The notes beneath the pieces were generated by a model, which saw only the letters and a program-made list of their open reading frames with translations, did no database searches and had not been told where the DNA came from. Positions 1 to 12,300 of a DNA stretch of 64,000 nucleotides are shown piece by piece (position 1 is the first letter of the stretch; each line of letters begins with the position of its first letter). Source of the DNA: an uncultured Nitrospira sp. (GTDB lineage: Bacteria; Nitrospirota; Nitrospiria; Nitrospirales; Nitrospiraceae); the NCBI GenBank assembly GCA_964465695.1, contig CAYXKP010000001.1, forward strand, positions 4,714 to 68,713. Reading direction: 5' to 3'. Position numbers and translations under genes: made by a program.

Positions 1-331
1 TCGTTTGGCTCAAGATGGAGCGGTAAACTCATGATCTTTCCTTCCCGCTCGAGGCATGGTCAAGCGGGTGCTGTACGTTGAAAACGACCTGCCGAAAACA
101 CTGAAATCAGCCCCCAAAATGATGGCGGCCCCAACGATCGGGGCATATGCCCTCGCCTCTCAAAGCCAACCGAGCGTCACCGCAATATAGGTACTTCCAT
201 AGACAATGTAAGCGAGACAACCTAAGCGCCCTGCACAGTTTGCAGGGCTCGGGGCTCCCGTACTTTCTGGATGCGGCACAGACGCAGCTGTGCTATCACC
301 CTTCAGAAACAAGAACGCAAAGGACCTACCG

Positions 332-715
332 ATGCATACTCTCGCCAGTTATATGATTGTCTTCGTCGGAGCCGGGATCGGTGGTGCGCTTCGTCACGGC
401 GTGAATGTTGCTTTTCGAGCGCTCGACTCCGAGTTTCCTTATGGAACGCTGTTCATCAATGTCGTGGGCGCACTCGTGATGGGTCTGCTGGCCGGTCTGT
501 TTGCCGTCAAGTTCGATCTCGGTCAGTCCTGGCGGCTGTTTTTAACCACGGGAATCCTCGGTGGATTCACCACGTTTTCCACATTTTCGCTCGAGGCGGC
601 GGTGCTCTACGAGCGTGGAGAGTTGGGGGCGATGGCTGTGTACGTCATAGCCTCCGTTATCTTCTCCATAGGGGCCTTATTCGCCGGACTTTTCATCGTG
701 CGCCAGTTCGGATAG
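332..715 (+). CDS. crcB: Fluoride ion channel CrcB/FluC
   Basis: ORF 290..715. From ATG332 the ~127-aa product is a 4-TM protein with family-typical VGAGIGGALRHG and GGFTTFSTF motifs. aaagga lies upstream of the ATG. Confidence 0.85.
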   Translation: MHTLASYMIVFVGAGIGGALRHGVNVAFRALDSEFPYGTLFINVVGALVMGLLAGLFAVKFDLGQSWRLFLTTGILGGFTTFSTFSLEAAVLYERGELGAMAVYVIASVIFSIGALFAGLFIVRQFG

Positions 716-813
716 GACCAATAACCCTCAGCGTCGCCGGACGCGTTCGCCACCGCCAGTCGAAACAATTCTCTCAGCGGCTATTGAGAGCAGCGAATGT
801 CCTGCAGTGAATA

Positions 814-918
814 TCAACCCGGGCCCTTATAACCAGTATTCATCATCGCCCAGACAATGATGGCCAGGGCAAACGCTCCCAGGATTACGTACGTGATGAT
901 ATCGGCTTTTCCGGGCAT
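814..918 (-). CDS. 34-aa single-pass membrane peptide, unknown function (MPGKADIITYVILGAFALAIIVWAMMNTGYKGPG)
   Basis: Internal ATG of ORF 814..999 is preceded by a strong SD (gaaggaggtcacacc-ATG on the minus strand). It has one hydrophobic helix. I recognise no homology. Confidence 0.4.
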   Translation of the reverse strand: MPGKADIITYVILGAFALAIIVWAMMNTGYKGPG

Positions 919-1219
919 GGTGTGACCTCCTTCGTGCATGACGTGAAAGGACCGTCGCCTACAACCCGTACATTCGACAGGAAAAGATAGCATGTCCATA
1001 CCTGCTTCAAACTGCTTACACGACTAGGGAGCCCCCTAGTACAAGTGATTGTACGGTGTCTCTACTGTGCGGTGGTTCTTATTACGTTCACTGACTCGGA
1101 TGTCGAGCCTGTAATAAACCCTGGCGATTCAGTTCTCGCTTTCACCCGGCCTGCCGATCATGTGGTGAGGGAGGCCACGGCCATTGTTTTCCTCGCAGAA
1201 GATCGCTGTTGACCGGGGC

Positions 1220-4200
1220 ATGTCCGCAAGGCCGGGACACGACACCGCTATGTCCATACCGGCCAAGTCCGGCCTCACAAGAGCAAAAGAATACGGCCTG
1301 GCCGTCGTGGTGACGCTGCTGGCGCTGCTCGCCCGCTTTCTCCTGGACCCTTACCTTGGCGACCGCCTTCCGTATGAAACCTTCTTTATCGCCGTCGCCG
1401 TGACGGCGTGGTACGGCGGGCTGGGGGCGTCATTGACCGCCGTGTTGCTGGGGGCGGTCCTATCAAACTGGTTCTTCACGACACCGAGAGAAGCCTTTGG
1501 CTTGATCGATGTGAGTGCGCAGGTCGGCTACGTGGCCTACTTTATGGTCGCGTTGGCATTCGTCAGTGTCGAACAGTCATTGGGACGGGCTCGGCGGCTC
1601 ACGGGAGCCGCGATGCGAGACTTGCAGCGTGAACTCATCGAGCGTCGACGGGCTGAGGACGCCTTACACGAGACCGAGGGACGATACCAGGCGACGTTCG
1701 CCAATGCGGCGGTCGGCATCGCCCATGTCGGCTTAGACGGCCGGTGGCTCCGCGCAAATGACGCGGCCTGCGCCATCGTCGGCTATTCTCCCGGGGAACT
1801 CGTCACCAAGACGTGCGCCGATATCACCCATCCGGACGACATCGGGCCCAGCACGACTAATGCCGGGCGACTGCTCGCCGGAGAAATCGCCACCTATTCG
1901 ATGGAGAAGCGCTATGTCAAGAAAAGCGGCGAGACCATCTGGGTCCATGTCACCGTTTCGCTTCTGCGCGACGGCGACGGAGCACCGCAACATTTCATAG
2001 CCATCATCCAAGACATCGATAAACGTAAGAGTACGGAAGAGGCGCTCAGCCTCCTGTACGATCTTGCCAGCACCGTCAACCGCGCAGACGACCTCGGCCT
2101 CATCTATGACAAGGCGCTCGATGCCATTCTGACTTCGATGCAGGCGGACCGGGCGTCCATTCTCTTGTTCGACGATCAGGGAACGATGCAATTTCAAGCC
2201 TGGAAAGGCCTGTCGGACAACTATCGCCGTGCAGTGGCCGGACATTCGCCGTGGAAGCGGGATGACACGGACGCGACGCCGATCGTCGTGGAGGACGTGG
2301 CCGGTGCCGACATAGACTCGGCGCTGAAGGCGCGGATACTGGAGGAAGGCATCCGGGCATTGGCCTTTGTCCCGCTGATATCCTCCGGTCAGATCATCGG
2401 CAAGTTCATGGTGTACTTCGACCGTCCTTGGAGGGTCGGCGAGGAAGACCTCGGGGTGGCGCAAGGCATCGCCGGCACGCTGACCACCGGCATCCAACGC
2501 AAGCGCAATGAGCAGGCGTTGCGGGAGAGCGCCGAGCGGCTGCGACTCGCGGTAGAATCGGCGGAGATCGGGACGTGGGACCTGAATTGGATCACCGGGG
2601 AAAACCGTTGGGACCGGCGGTGTAAAGCATTGTTCGGTCTCGCGCCCGAGGCGGACGTGCCGTACGAAGCGTTCCTTGCGATGCTCCACCCGGAGGACCG
2701 CGCGAGGGTCTTGGCGACGATACAACGTTCCGTCCATCCTTCGTCCGACGGATCGTACGACGTGGAGTATCGCATCGTGACGGCGGATGGACGGGAGCGA
2801 TGGATCAGAGCCATGGGCCGCGCCTTCTTCGAGGAGCGCCAAGGCGAGCGGCGGCCCGTGCGCTTCATGGGGACGGCCCTCGATGTGACGCAGCGCAAGC
2901 AATCGGAGACGGAGCTGCGGGAGAGTGAACAGCGACTCCAAATGGCGTTACAAGTCGGCGAGGCCGGAACCTGGGACTTGAACCTTCGCACAGGACGTAA
3001 CCTCTGGTCGGACAGCCACTTCCGCCTCGTCGGCCGAGAGCCGACGCCGACGCGCGAAGCGACGTCCGACATGTGGCAAACCGCCATTCTCGACGAGGAC
3101 AGGGACCGAGTCATGGCCGAATGGCGGCGTGCCGAGGCCGCGCGGGATCTGTTCCGTTCGCAACATCGCATCCGCCGTCATGACGACGGCCACGTCATCT
3201 GGGTGAGGGCGTTCGGGCAATTTCACTACGAGCAGGACAGGGCCGTCCGATTCGTCGGCGCAGTTCAGAATATCAACGATCTGAAACAGGCCGAGCAGGC
3301 CCTGCGTGAAAGCGAGGAGCGTTTACGTCTCGCCACCGAGGCGGCGGAAGTCGGTATCTGGGAATGGAACGTGGCCACGAATCACATTCGTTGGGACAGC
3401 CAGATGTTTCGAATCTATGGCATGGCTCCCACCGGCAATGGGATGGTGCCCTACGAGACGTGGAGTGCCGCCGTGCTTCCTGAGGATTTGCCGGAGCAGG
3501 AGCGCCTGTTACAGGAGACGATGACCCGGCGCGGGCGCGGCGTCCGTGTCTTTCGGATCACGCGCGCGAAGGACGGCATGGTTCGCCACATCGAAGCGAT
3601 CGAGGCGGTGCGGACGAACGCCCAAGGACAAGCCGAATGGGTGGTCGGCACCAACCTCGACGTCACGGAGCGGCACCTGGCGGAGCAGACGATCTTGGAA
3701 GCCCAAGGGCGGCTGCAGCAATGGAATGTGGAGCTGGAACAGGCCGTGAATGTGAAAACCGCCGAACTGCTGCACTCGCAGGCCCGTCTGCGCGCGATGG
3801 CGACGGAGTTGAATTTGGCGGAACAACGCGAGCGTAAACGACTCGCCACGGAATTGCACGATCATCTCCAGCAGACCTTGGTGCTCGGCAAGATCACCGT
3901 AGGCCAAGGCAAGCAGTTGACCGCCGCCGTGCCCGCCTGTCTGGACCTGATGATGAAGATGGACGACATCTTTTCGGAGGCGCTCACGTACACGCGAACC
4001 TTGGTGGCGGAACTGAGCCCGCCCGTGTTACGCGAGCACGGGTTGTCGGCGGCGTTGAAATGGCTGGCCGAGTACATGATGAAGTATCACATCGCCGTGA
4101 CGGTGACCGTCCCCGAGAAAGACGATCTCAAACTGCCGGAAGATCAAGCCGTCCTCCTCTTCCAGTCCGTTCGGGAGCTCCTTATCAACTCCTCTAAATA

Positions 4201-4993
4201 TGCGGGGACCGGAGAGGCCCAGGTCATACTCGAGCAAGGCGAGGAGATGGTGCGGATCGAGGTCCGGGATCATGGGGCGGGTTTCGATGTTGAGACAGCC
4301 GCAGCAGCGGGGACATCCAGCGGAGGCATTTCATCCAAGTTCGGACTCTTCAGCATTCAGGAACGCATGACGGCGCTCGGGGGCTCCTTCGATCTCCGAT
4401 CTTCGCCGGGACAGGGCACGACGGCCGCGCTCTGCTTGCCGTTCGCGAACAGTGGAGAGTGGACGGTGAAGTGCGAGGAGCACATACCGCGCGGAGGCGG
4501 TACTGCTCCACCTTCCGGCTATTCGCTGCCCATCGCCCACTCCACGCGCATTCGCGTGCTGTTGGTCGATGATCACATCATGGTCCGGCAGGGCCTTCGG
4601 TCGGTGCTTGACGCCTATGCCGATGTGCAACTGGTCGGCGAAGCCGGCAACGGGGAGGAGGCGATCAGATTGGTGGATCGGCTCCGGCCGGCCGTGGTGG
4701 TGATGGACGTCAACATGCCGATGATGGACGGTATTGAGGCCACGGCGCAGATCAAGATGCGCCATCCGGAGACCGTCGTTATCGGGATCTCGGTCAACGC
4801 CGCGGGGGAGAATCAGGAGGCGATGAAGCGGGCAGGGGCTGCGGAGCTCATGACCAAAGAGGCGGCGGTCGAACAGCTCTATGATGTCATCCAGGCAGCG
4901 TGCAGAAACGATAACGCGCAAGCTCGTCGGTACTTGAATACGAAAACCAACCTGCATCAATATGGTCGCGGTGAATCGCCAAGCGGCGGATGA
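1220..4993 (+). CDS. Hybrid sensor histidine kinase: DUF4118-like membrane domain, PAS, GAF, several PAS, HisKA_3 (ELHDHLQQ), HATPase_c, C-terminal NarL-type REC
   Basis: ORF 1184..4993 (start uncertain; ATG1220 chosen). KdpD-like TM N-terminus, repeated PAS signatures, H-box ELHDHLQQTLV, N/G boxes, then VLLVDDH...VVVMDVNMP...IGISV...LMTKEA receiver. No HTH output domain. Confidence 0.9.
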   Translation: MSARPGHDTAMSIPAKSGLTRAKEYGLAVVVTLLALLARFLLDPYLGDRLPYETFFIAVAVTAWYGGLGASLTAVLLGAVLSNWFFTTPREAFGLIDVSAQVGYVAYFMVALAFVSVEQSLGRARRLTGAAMRDLQRELIERRRAEDALHETEGRYQATFANAAVGIAHVGLDGRWLRANDAACAIVGYSPGELVTKTCADITHPDDIGPSTTNAGRLLAGEIATYSMEKRYVKKSGETIWVHVTVSLLRDGDGAPQHFIAIIQDIDKRKSTEEALSLLYDLASTVNRADDLGLIYDKALDAILTSMQADRASILLFDDQGTMQFQAWKGLSDNYRRAVAGHSPWKRDDTDATPIVVEDVAGADIDSALKARILEEGIRALAFVPLISSGQIIGKFMVYFDRPWRVGEEDLGVAQGIAGTLTTGIQRKRNEQALRESAERLRLAVESAEIGTWDLNWITGENRWDRRCKALFGLAPEADVPYEAFLAMLHPEDRARVLATIQRSVHPSSDGSYDVEYRIVTADGRERWIRAMGRAFFEERQGERRPVRFMGTALDVTQRKQSETELRESEQRLQMALQVGEAGTWDLNLRTGRNLWSDSHFRLVGREPTPTREATSDMWQTAILDEDRDRVMAEWRRAEAARDLFRSQHRIRRHDDGHVIWVRAFGQFHYEQDRAVRFVGAVQNINDLKQAEQALRESEERLRLATEAAEVGIWEWNVATNHIRWDSQMFRIYGMAPTGNGMVPYETWSAAVLPEDLPEQERLLQETMTRRGRGVRVFRITRAKDGMVRHIEAIEAVRTNAQGQAEWVVGTNLDVTERHLAEQTILEAQGRLQQWNVELEQAVNVKTAELLHSQARLRAMATELNLAEQRERKRLATELHDHLQQTLVLGKITVGQGKQLTAAVPACLDLMMKMDDIFSEALTYTRTLVAELSPPVLREHGLSAALKWLAEYMMKYHIAVTVTVPEKDDLKLPEDQAVLLFQSVRELLINSSKYAGTGEAQVILEQGEEMVRIEVRDHGAGFDVETAAAAGTSSGGISSKFGLFSIQERMTALGGSFDLRSSPGQGTTAALCLPFANSGEWTVKCEEHIPRGGGTAPPSGYSLPIAHSTRIRVLLVDDHIMVRQGLRSVLDAYADVQLVGEAGNGEEAIRLVDRLRPAVVVMDVNMPMMDGIEATAQIKMRHPETVVIGISVNAAGENQEAMKRAGAAELMTKEAAVEQLYDVIQAACRNDNAQARRYLNTKTNLHQYGRGESPSGG

Positions 4994-5015
4994 ACGAAAG
5001 GAGAGCAAATCGAGC

Positions 5016-6737
5016 ATGCCGGCAGTGAAAAAACGGAGATCTGGCCATTCCGCCTCAGCCGACGGACTCCCTGGGATCGTGAAATGTCCGACCGGCATCC
5101 GAGGGCTGGACGATATTCTCGGCGGCGGGCTGCCGAAGGGGCGACCGACGCTGGTTGCCGGCGCGGCGGGATGCGGGAAGACCTTGCTGGCGATGGAATT
5201 CATCGTCCGGGGCATCCGCGAGTTCGGCGAGCCCGGCGCCTTTATGGCGTTCGAGGAAGACGAGAAGGAATTGATCCAGAACGTCGCGTCTCTCGGCTTC
5301 GACCTACCGGCGTTGATGCGCCGCAAGCAGTTGGCGATCGACTACGTACGGGTCGAGCGCAGCGAAATACAGGAGACCGGCGAATACGACCTCGAAGGCT
5401 TGTTCGTCCGGCTCAACAGCATGATCGAGCAGGTGGGCGCGAAGCGCGTCGCGCTCGATTCACTGGAAGCGCTGTTCGCGGGACTGCAGAACGAGGCCAT
5501 TTTACGCGCCGAGTTGCGGCGACTCTTCCGATGGCTGAAAGACAAGGGGGTCACCGCCGTCATCACCGGCGAGCAGGGCTCGAATCAATTGACCCGTCAC
5601 GGGCTCGAGGAATACGTGAGCGACTGCGTGCTCTTTCTCGATCATCGGATTCGAAATCAGGTCGGCACGCGGCGGCTCCGGGTGGTGAAGTATCGGGGTT
5701 CGGCGCACGGCACGAACGAATACCCGACCATGATCGACGAACAAGGTCTCGGCGTCCTGCCCATCACGTCCTTGGGATTGGACTATGCGGTGCGGCAAGA
5801 ACGGGTTTCCAGCGGTGTCCCCAGGCTGGATGCGATGCTCGGCGGCGAGGGCTACTACCGCGGCAGCAGCATTCTGGTGAGCGGCTCCGCCGGAACCGGC
5901 AAAACCAGCCTGGCCGCCACGTTCGCCGACGCCGCATGTCGGCGTGGAGAGCGGTGCTTGTATATCGCGTACGAAGAATCGCCCCGGCAGATCGTACGGA
6001 ACATGGCGTCGCTGGGGCTCGACCTCGGCCGATGGGAGCGGAAGGGCCTGCTGGCATTCCGTGCCGCCCGGTCCACGTTGTACGGGTTGGAACAGCACTT
6101 GGTCTCTATCCATAAATCTGTGGAAGAGTTCCAGCCGGCCGTCGTGGTGATCGATCCGATTACGACGATGCGTTCGATCGGAGATGAGGGCGAGATACAA
6201 ATCATGCTGACGCGCGTGGTGGATTTGTTGAAGCGCAAAGGGATCACCGGCTTGTTCACGAGTCTGTCCGAAACGGGGTGGAGTGAACACAGCGACGCCG
6301 GCATTTCCTCGCTGATGGATACATGGATCATCGTGCGCAACGTCGAATCGGGCAACGAGCGGAACCGGTTGCTGTCCGTCCTCAAGAGTCGGGGGATGGC
6401 ACATTCCAATCAACTGCGGGAGTTCGCGTTGACGGATCGAGGGATCCAGCTCACCGACGTGTATGCCGGTCAAGGAGAGGTGTTGACCGGCTCGGCGAGG
6501 ATGATCCAAGAGGCCCGAGACAGGGCCCAAGAGATTGTCGAGCGGGACAAGGCGGCCCAGCGGCGCCGTGAGCTGGAACAGGCGCAACGGCGGCTGCAAG
6601 CTCAAATGAACGACTTGATGGCCCAATTGGAACTGCTGGAGGAGGAGCGTGAGCGTTTGAAGGAAAGAGAGCAAGCACGAACCGACGCGGACGCGACCGA
6701 TCGGGAGCGCATCGCTCGGATGCGCGGCGCCGATTAA
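5016..6737 (+). CDS. kaiC: Circadian clock protein KaiC homologue (double RecA/KaiC domains) with long C-terminal coiled-coil extension
   Basis: [14 protein letters not shown]; Walker A GAAGCGKT (CI) and GSAGTGKT (CII); catalytic EE pairs ([18 protein letters not shown]); ISSLMDTWI at the CII phosphosite position. ATG5016 follows ggag and lies 22 nt after the upstream kinase stop. Confidence 0.92.
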   Translation: MPAVKKRRSGHSASADGLPGIVKCPTGIRGLDDILGGGLPKGRPTLVAGAAGCGKTLLAMEFIVRGIREFGEPGAFMAFEEDEKELIQNVASLGFDLPALMRRKQLAIDYVRVERSEIQETGEYDLEGLFVRLNSMIEQVGAKRVALDSLEALFAGLQNEAILRAELRRLFRWLKDKGVTAVITGEQGSNQLTRHGLEEYVSDCVLFLDHRIRNQVGTRRLRVVKYRGSAHGTNEYPTMIDEQGLGVLPITSLGLDYAVRQERVSSGVPRLDAMLGGEGYYRGSSILVSGSAGTGKTSLAATFADAACRRGERCLYIAYEESPRQIVRNMASLGLDLGRWERKGLLAFRAARSTLYGLEQHLVSIHKSVEEFQPAVVVIDPITTMRSIGDEGEIQIMLTRVVDLLKRKGITGLFTSLSETGWSEHSDAGISSLMDTWIIVRNVESGNERNRLLSVLKSRGMAHSNQLREFALTDRGIQLTDVYAGQGEVLTGSARMIQEARDRAQEIVERDKAAQRRRELEQAQRRLQAQMNDLMAQLELLEEERERLKEREQARTDADATDRERIARMRGAD

Positions 6738-6757
6738 ACGAACAAAAAGGAGAAGCT

Positions 6758-7087
6758 ATGCCGACCATCCCCAAAGCCGGCCGTTCCACACGACGACCCA
6801 AGACCGTATCCTCGGAACGATGGAATTTGCGGCTATACGTGGCTGGCCAAACGCCCCGTTCACTCGCCGCCCTCGACAATTTGAAACGAATCTGCGAGGC
6901 CCACATGGCCGACCGTTATGAAATCGAGGTCGTCGACTTGATCCAAAACCCGCGGCTGGCCGCAGGCGATCAGATCGTGGCCATTCCGACGCTCGTCCGC
7001 AAATTGCCGCCGCCGATGAAAAAAATCATCGGCGATTTGGCCAACGAAGAGCGGGTCCTGGTGGGCTTAGACCTCCGCCAAGAATGA
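6758..7087 (+). CDS. kaiB: KaiB homologue, copy 1
   Basis: [12 protein letters not shown]...[11 protein letters not shown]...LVGLDL, the canonical KaiB thioredoxin-like signature. SD aaggag; starts 20 nt after the kaiC stop. Confidence 0.9.
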   Translation: MPTIPKAGRSTRRPKTVSSERWNLRLYVAGQTPRSLAALDNLKRICEAHMADRYEIEVVDLIQNPRLAAGDQIVAIPTLVRKLPPPMKKIIGDLANEERVLVGLDLRQE

Positions 7088-7097
7088 CGGAGCCATC

Positions 7098-7439
7098 ATG
7101 CCGAAAAAACATGCACCGGCCAAGGCGACCGGTGGAAGACGATCCGTCGATACACAGGAACATCGCTATGAATTGCGACTGTACGTCGCGGGCGTGACGC
7201 CGCGTTCGCAAAGGGCGATCAAGAGCGTGACGGAGGTCTGCCGCCGAAACCTGGACGGCCGCTATACATTGCAGGTCATCGACATTTATCAGCAACCCGC
7301 CTTGGCCAAGGGAGAGCAGATCATCGCGGCTCCGACGCTGATCAAACACTTGCCGCCTCCCTTGCGCAAGCTGATCGGCAGCATGGCGGATACCGAGAAG
7401 CTGTTGGTCGGGCTCGATCTTCGGTCAAAGGTGGAATGA
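7098..7439 (+). CDS. kaiB: KaiB homologue, copy 2 (diverged paralogue)
   Basis: LRLYVAGVTPRS...APTLIKHLPPP...LVGLDL. Starts 10 nt after kaiB copy 1. About half the residues match copy 1 by eye. Confidence 0.9.
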   Translation: MPKKHAPAKATGGRRSVDTQEHRYELRLYVAGVTPRSQRAIKSVTEVCRRNLDGRYTLQVIDIYQQPALAKGEQIIAAPTLIKHLPPPLRKLIGSMADTEKLLVGLDLRSKVE

Positions 7440-7448
7440 GGGTGGTCC

Positions 7449-9287
<1,839 letters not shown>

Positions 9288-9356
9288 ATCGGCGCATGAG
9301 GTAGAGCTGAGTCACGCGATGTCTGAGTCCGTCGAGACACCGATGTCCGAAGCCCT

Positions 9357-12300
9357 ATGAAGAAACATGCGCCCGATGAGTCGGCGGGGTTATCCCAAAT
9401 GGATTCGGCAAACGTCTTCTTCGCCGGTCCCGGTGAGATGCGGACACTTATGCGCCAAACCGATTGGGCTGCGACGCCGTTCGGCTCGGTCGCCGACTGG
9501 CCTCAAAGCCTCATCACTGCCGCCGGTATTTGCTTGAACTCACGCTTTCCCATGGTTCTCTGGTGGGGGCCTGAGCAATTGATGCTCTACAACGATGCAT
9601 GGCGCCCTGTGCTGGGCCGGACGAAACACCCGGCCGTTGGAAAGCGGGGGCGGGATGTGTGGCCGGAAATTTGGCACATCATCGGACCGATGTTGCGCAG
9701 TGTGCTGGAGACGGGCCAAGCGACGTGGCAGGACGACCAATTGCTCATGGTTGACCGAAACGGGTATTTGGAAGAAGCGTATTTCACGTACTCCTATAGC
9801 CCCATCCATCTGGCCGACGGCCGTGTCGGGGGTGCCTTTTCAGCAGTCAGTGAAACAACCGCCCGTTTCCTTGGAGAGCGGCGCCTTCGCACGCTTCGAG
9901 ATCTCGGCGCTCAGGCGGCGATGGCGAAAACCGTTGAAGATGCGATCTCCAACGCACTGCGTACCCTCACCGCCAATCAGGCCGATGTGCCCTTTGCGCT
10001 CCTGTATTTGACCTCGCAGGATGAAACCCAAATGATCTGTAGAGGCATGGCCCCGCTTGAGTCTGTCGTGCAGGAGGCCGCACGAACCGTTCCGCTCGTC
10101 ACGAGCGAGACAAATTTCTGGGCGAAGCTGCGCCAAGCCTTCAGAACCGGTGAAACCATCCTGATGGAAGACGCACAGAAGCATGCAGGGCCGCTCCCGA
10201 GCGGGCCGTGGCCGGTGTCCGCAGACCGTGCGGTGGCGATTCCATTGAATACGCCCGGTCACGATCGCTCGGTCGGTGTGTTGCTGGTGGGGATCAATCC
10301 ATGTCGCGCGATGGACGCTGAGTACGAGACGTTCCTCCAATTACTCGGAGGGCATATCGCCACCGCGATCACCAATGCGCGGGCGTACGAGGAGGAGAAG
10401 GAACGCGCCGAAGCGCTGGCCGAACTGGACCGGGCGAAGACCGCCTTCTTCTCGAACGTGAGTCATGAGTTCCGCACGCCGCTCACCTTGATGCTGAGCC
10501 CGGTGGAAGAGCTGCTGGCAAAGAGCCATACCGATCTCCCGCCCGCCGCCAAAAGCCAACTCGAGCTCGTCAACCGAAACGGCTTGCGGCTCTTGCGGCT
10601 CGTCAACAGTCTGTTGGACTTTTCCCGTATCGAGGCCGGACGCATGCGGGCGGCGTATGAAGCGACGGATTTGTCGGCCGTGACCGCCGAGCTCGCCAGC
10701 AATTTCCGGTCCGCCTGCGAAAGGGCCGGTCTGCGACTCGTCGTGGATTGCCCGCCGTTGTCCGAACCGGTGTATGTCGATCGCGACATGTGGGAGAAGA
10801 TCGTGCTCAATCTTGTTTCGAACGCGTTCAAATTCACCTTCGAGGGTGAAATCGAAGTCAGTTTGAGAGAGGAGAGCGGTCGATCTCGCCACGTGATCCT
10901 AACGGTCCGCGATACCGGTGTCGGAATTCCGGCGGACGAGTTGCCGCGGATGTTCGAGCGGTTTCATCGCATCGAGGGCAGTCGCGGGCGCACTCATGAA
11001 GGCACGGGCATCGGTCTGGCCCTCGTGCAGGAACTCGTGAAACTCCACGGCGGCGTCGTGCGCGCAGACAGCACCTACGGCGAGGGAAGCGAATTCACGG
11101 TGACCATACCGCTCGGCACCGCGCATCTCGATCCGGATCGCATCAGCCCAGCATCCAAGCCGGCCTCAGCGGTTATCGGTGCGTCCGCCTTCGTCGAAGA
11201 AGCGTTGCGCTGGTTGCCGCAGAACGGTCTATCAGATCTTTCCGGTCTAGCTCGTCTATCCGATGACCGGACAGACCAAATAGACCAGACAGACCGAATA
11301 GACCAATCCGATTCCCGCACTACCCGTCCCCGCATCTTAGTCGTCGATGACAACGCCGACATGCGGGAATACGTGAGCCGCTTGCTCTCCCGGTCTTATC
11401 AGGTCGAGAGCGTCGTGGACGGGGAAGCCGCGCTGCAACGCATCATGATCCATCCCCCCGATCTGGTGATCGCCGACGTCATGATGCCGCGATTGGACGG
11501 CTTCGGTTTGCTGCGAGCGCTGCGCAGCCGTCCCGAAACGAACACGATTCAAATCATTCTGTTGTCCGCGAGGGCAGGCGAGGAGTCGCGCATCGAAGGC
11601 CTCGAACGGGGTGCGGACGACTACCTGATCAAGCCGTTCAGCGCCAAGGAATTATTGGCCCGCGTGGCCGGGCGCCTTGATCTCGCACGGGTCCGGCGCG
11701 ACGCCGAACAAGCCCGGCTCCGGTTGCAAGACGAATTGCAGCTGATCTTCGACAGCGCACCGGTCATGATCTGGTACAAGGACACGCAGAATCACATTCT
11801 TCGGGTGAACCGGATGGCGGCCGATTCCATCAACCTGCCCAAGGATCAGATCGAAGGCCGCGATACGGCTGAATTGTATCCCGAAGAGGCGGACCGCTAT
11901 TACCAGGACGATCTCATCGTCATGCGGACCGGGAGACCGCGGCTGGGCATCGTTGAACCGTATCGCTTGCCGGGAGGCGAACAACGGTGGGTCCAGACCG
12001 ACAAGGTTCCGATGAAAAACGAGGCCGGCGATGTGGTCGGCATTCTGGTCCTCGCACAAGACATCACCGAACGCAAGCGGGCGGAAGAGGCGCTGACGGC
12101 AAGCGAACGGCGCTTCTCGCTGTTCATGCAGAACCTGCCGGGTCTGGCTTGGTTGAAAGACGCGCAGGGCCGATATTGCTATGTGAATGAAGCAGCCCAA
12201 CGGGTGTTCCGCAGAAGCACGCAGGATCTGTACGGCAAGACCGATAGAGAGGTATTTTCTGCTGAGACGGCCGAACAGTTCATCCGGCATGACCAAGAAG

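Noticed and set aside
119-331. Possible fluoride (crcB-motif) riboswitch upstream of crcB, including the 12-nt palindrome gggcatatgccc at 141..152
   Set aside because: I could not find the conserved elements of the motif as I remember it (GGnGAUG...AAC.GCC...CUGAUGAU.CCU) on the plus strand. Only a loose GAUGG...AAC resemblance is present. A covariance-model search (Rfam crcB) would settle it.
1733-2941. 402-aa minus-strand ORF (and several others at 1537-4273) inside the first hybrid kinase gene
   Set aside because: It is an antisense shadow ORF typical of high-GC DNA. The composition is Arg/Pro/Gly-rich with no recognisable motifs, while the plus-strand frame has clear PAS/GAF/kinase signatures.
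5084-6674. 343-aa plus-strand alternate-frame ORF and 390-aa minus-strand ORF overlapping kaiC
   Set aside because: Both are Arg/Gly/Pro-rich, low-information translations. The kaiC frame carries the Walker motifs and catalytic residues.
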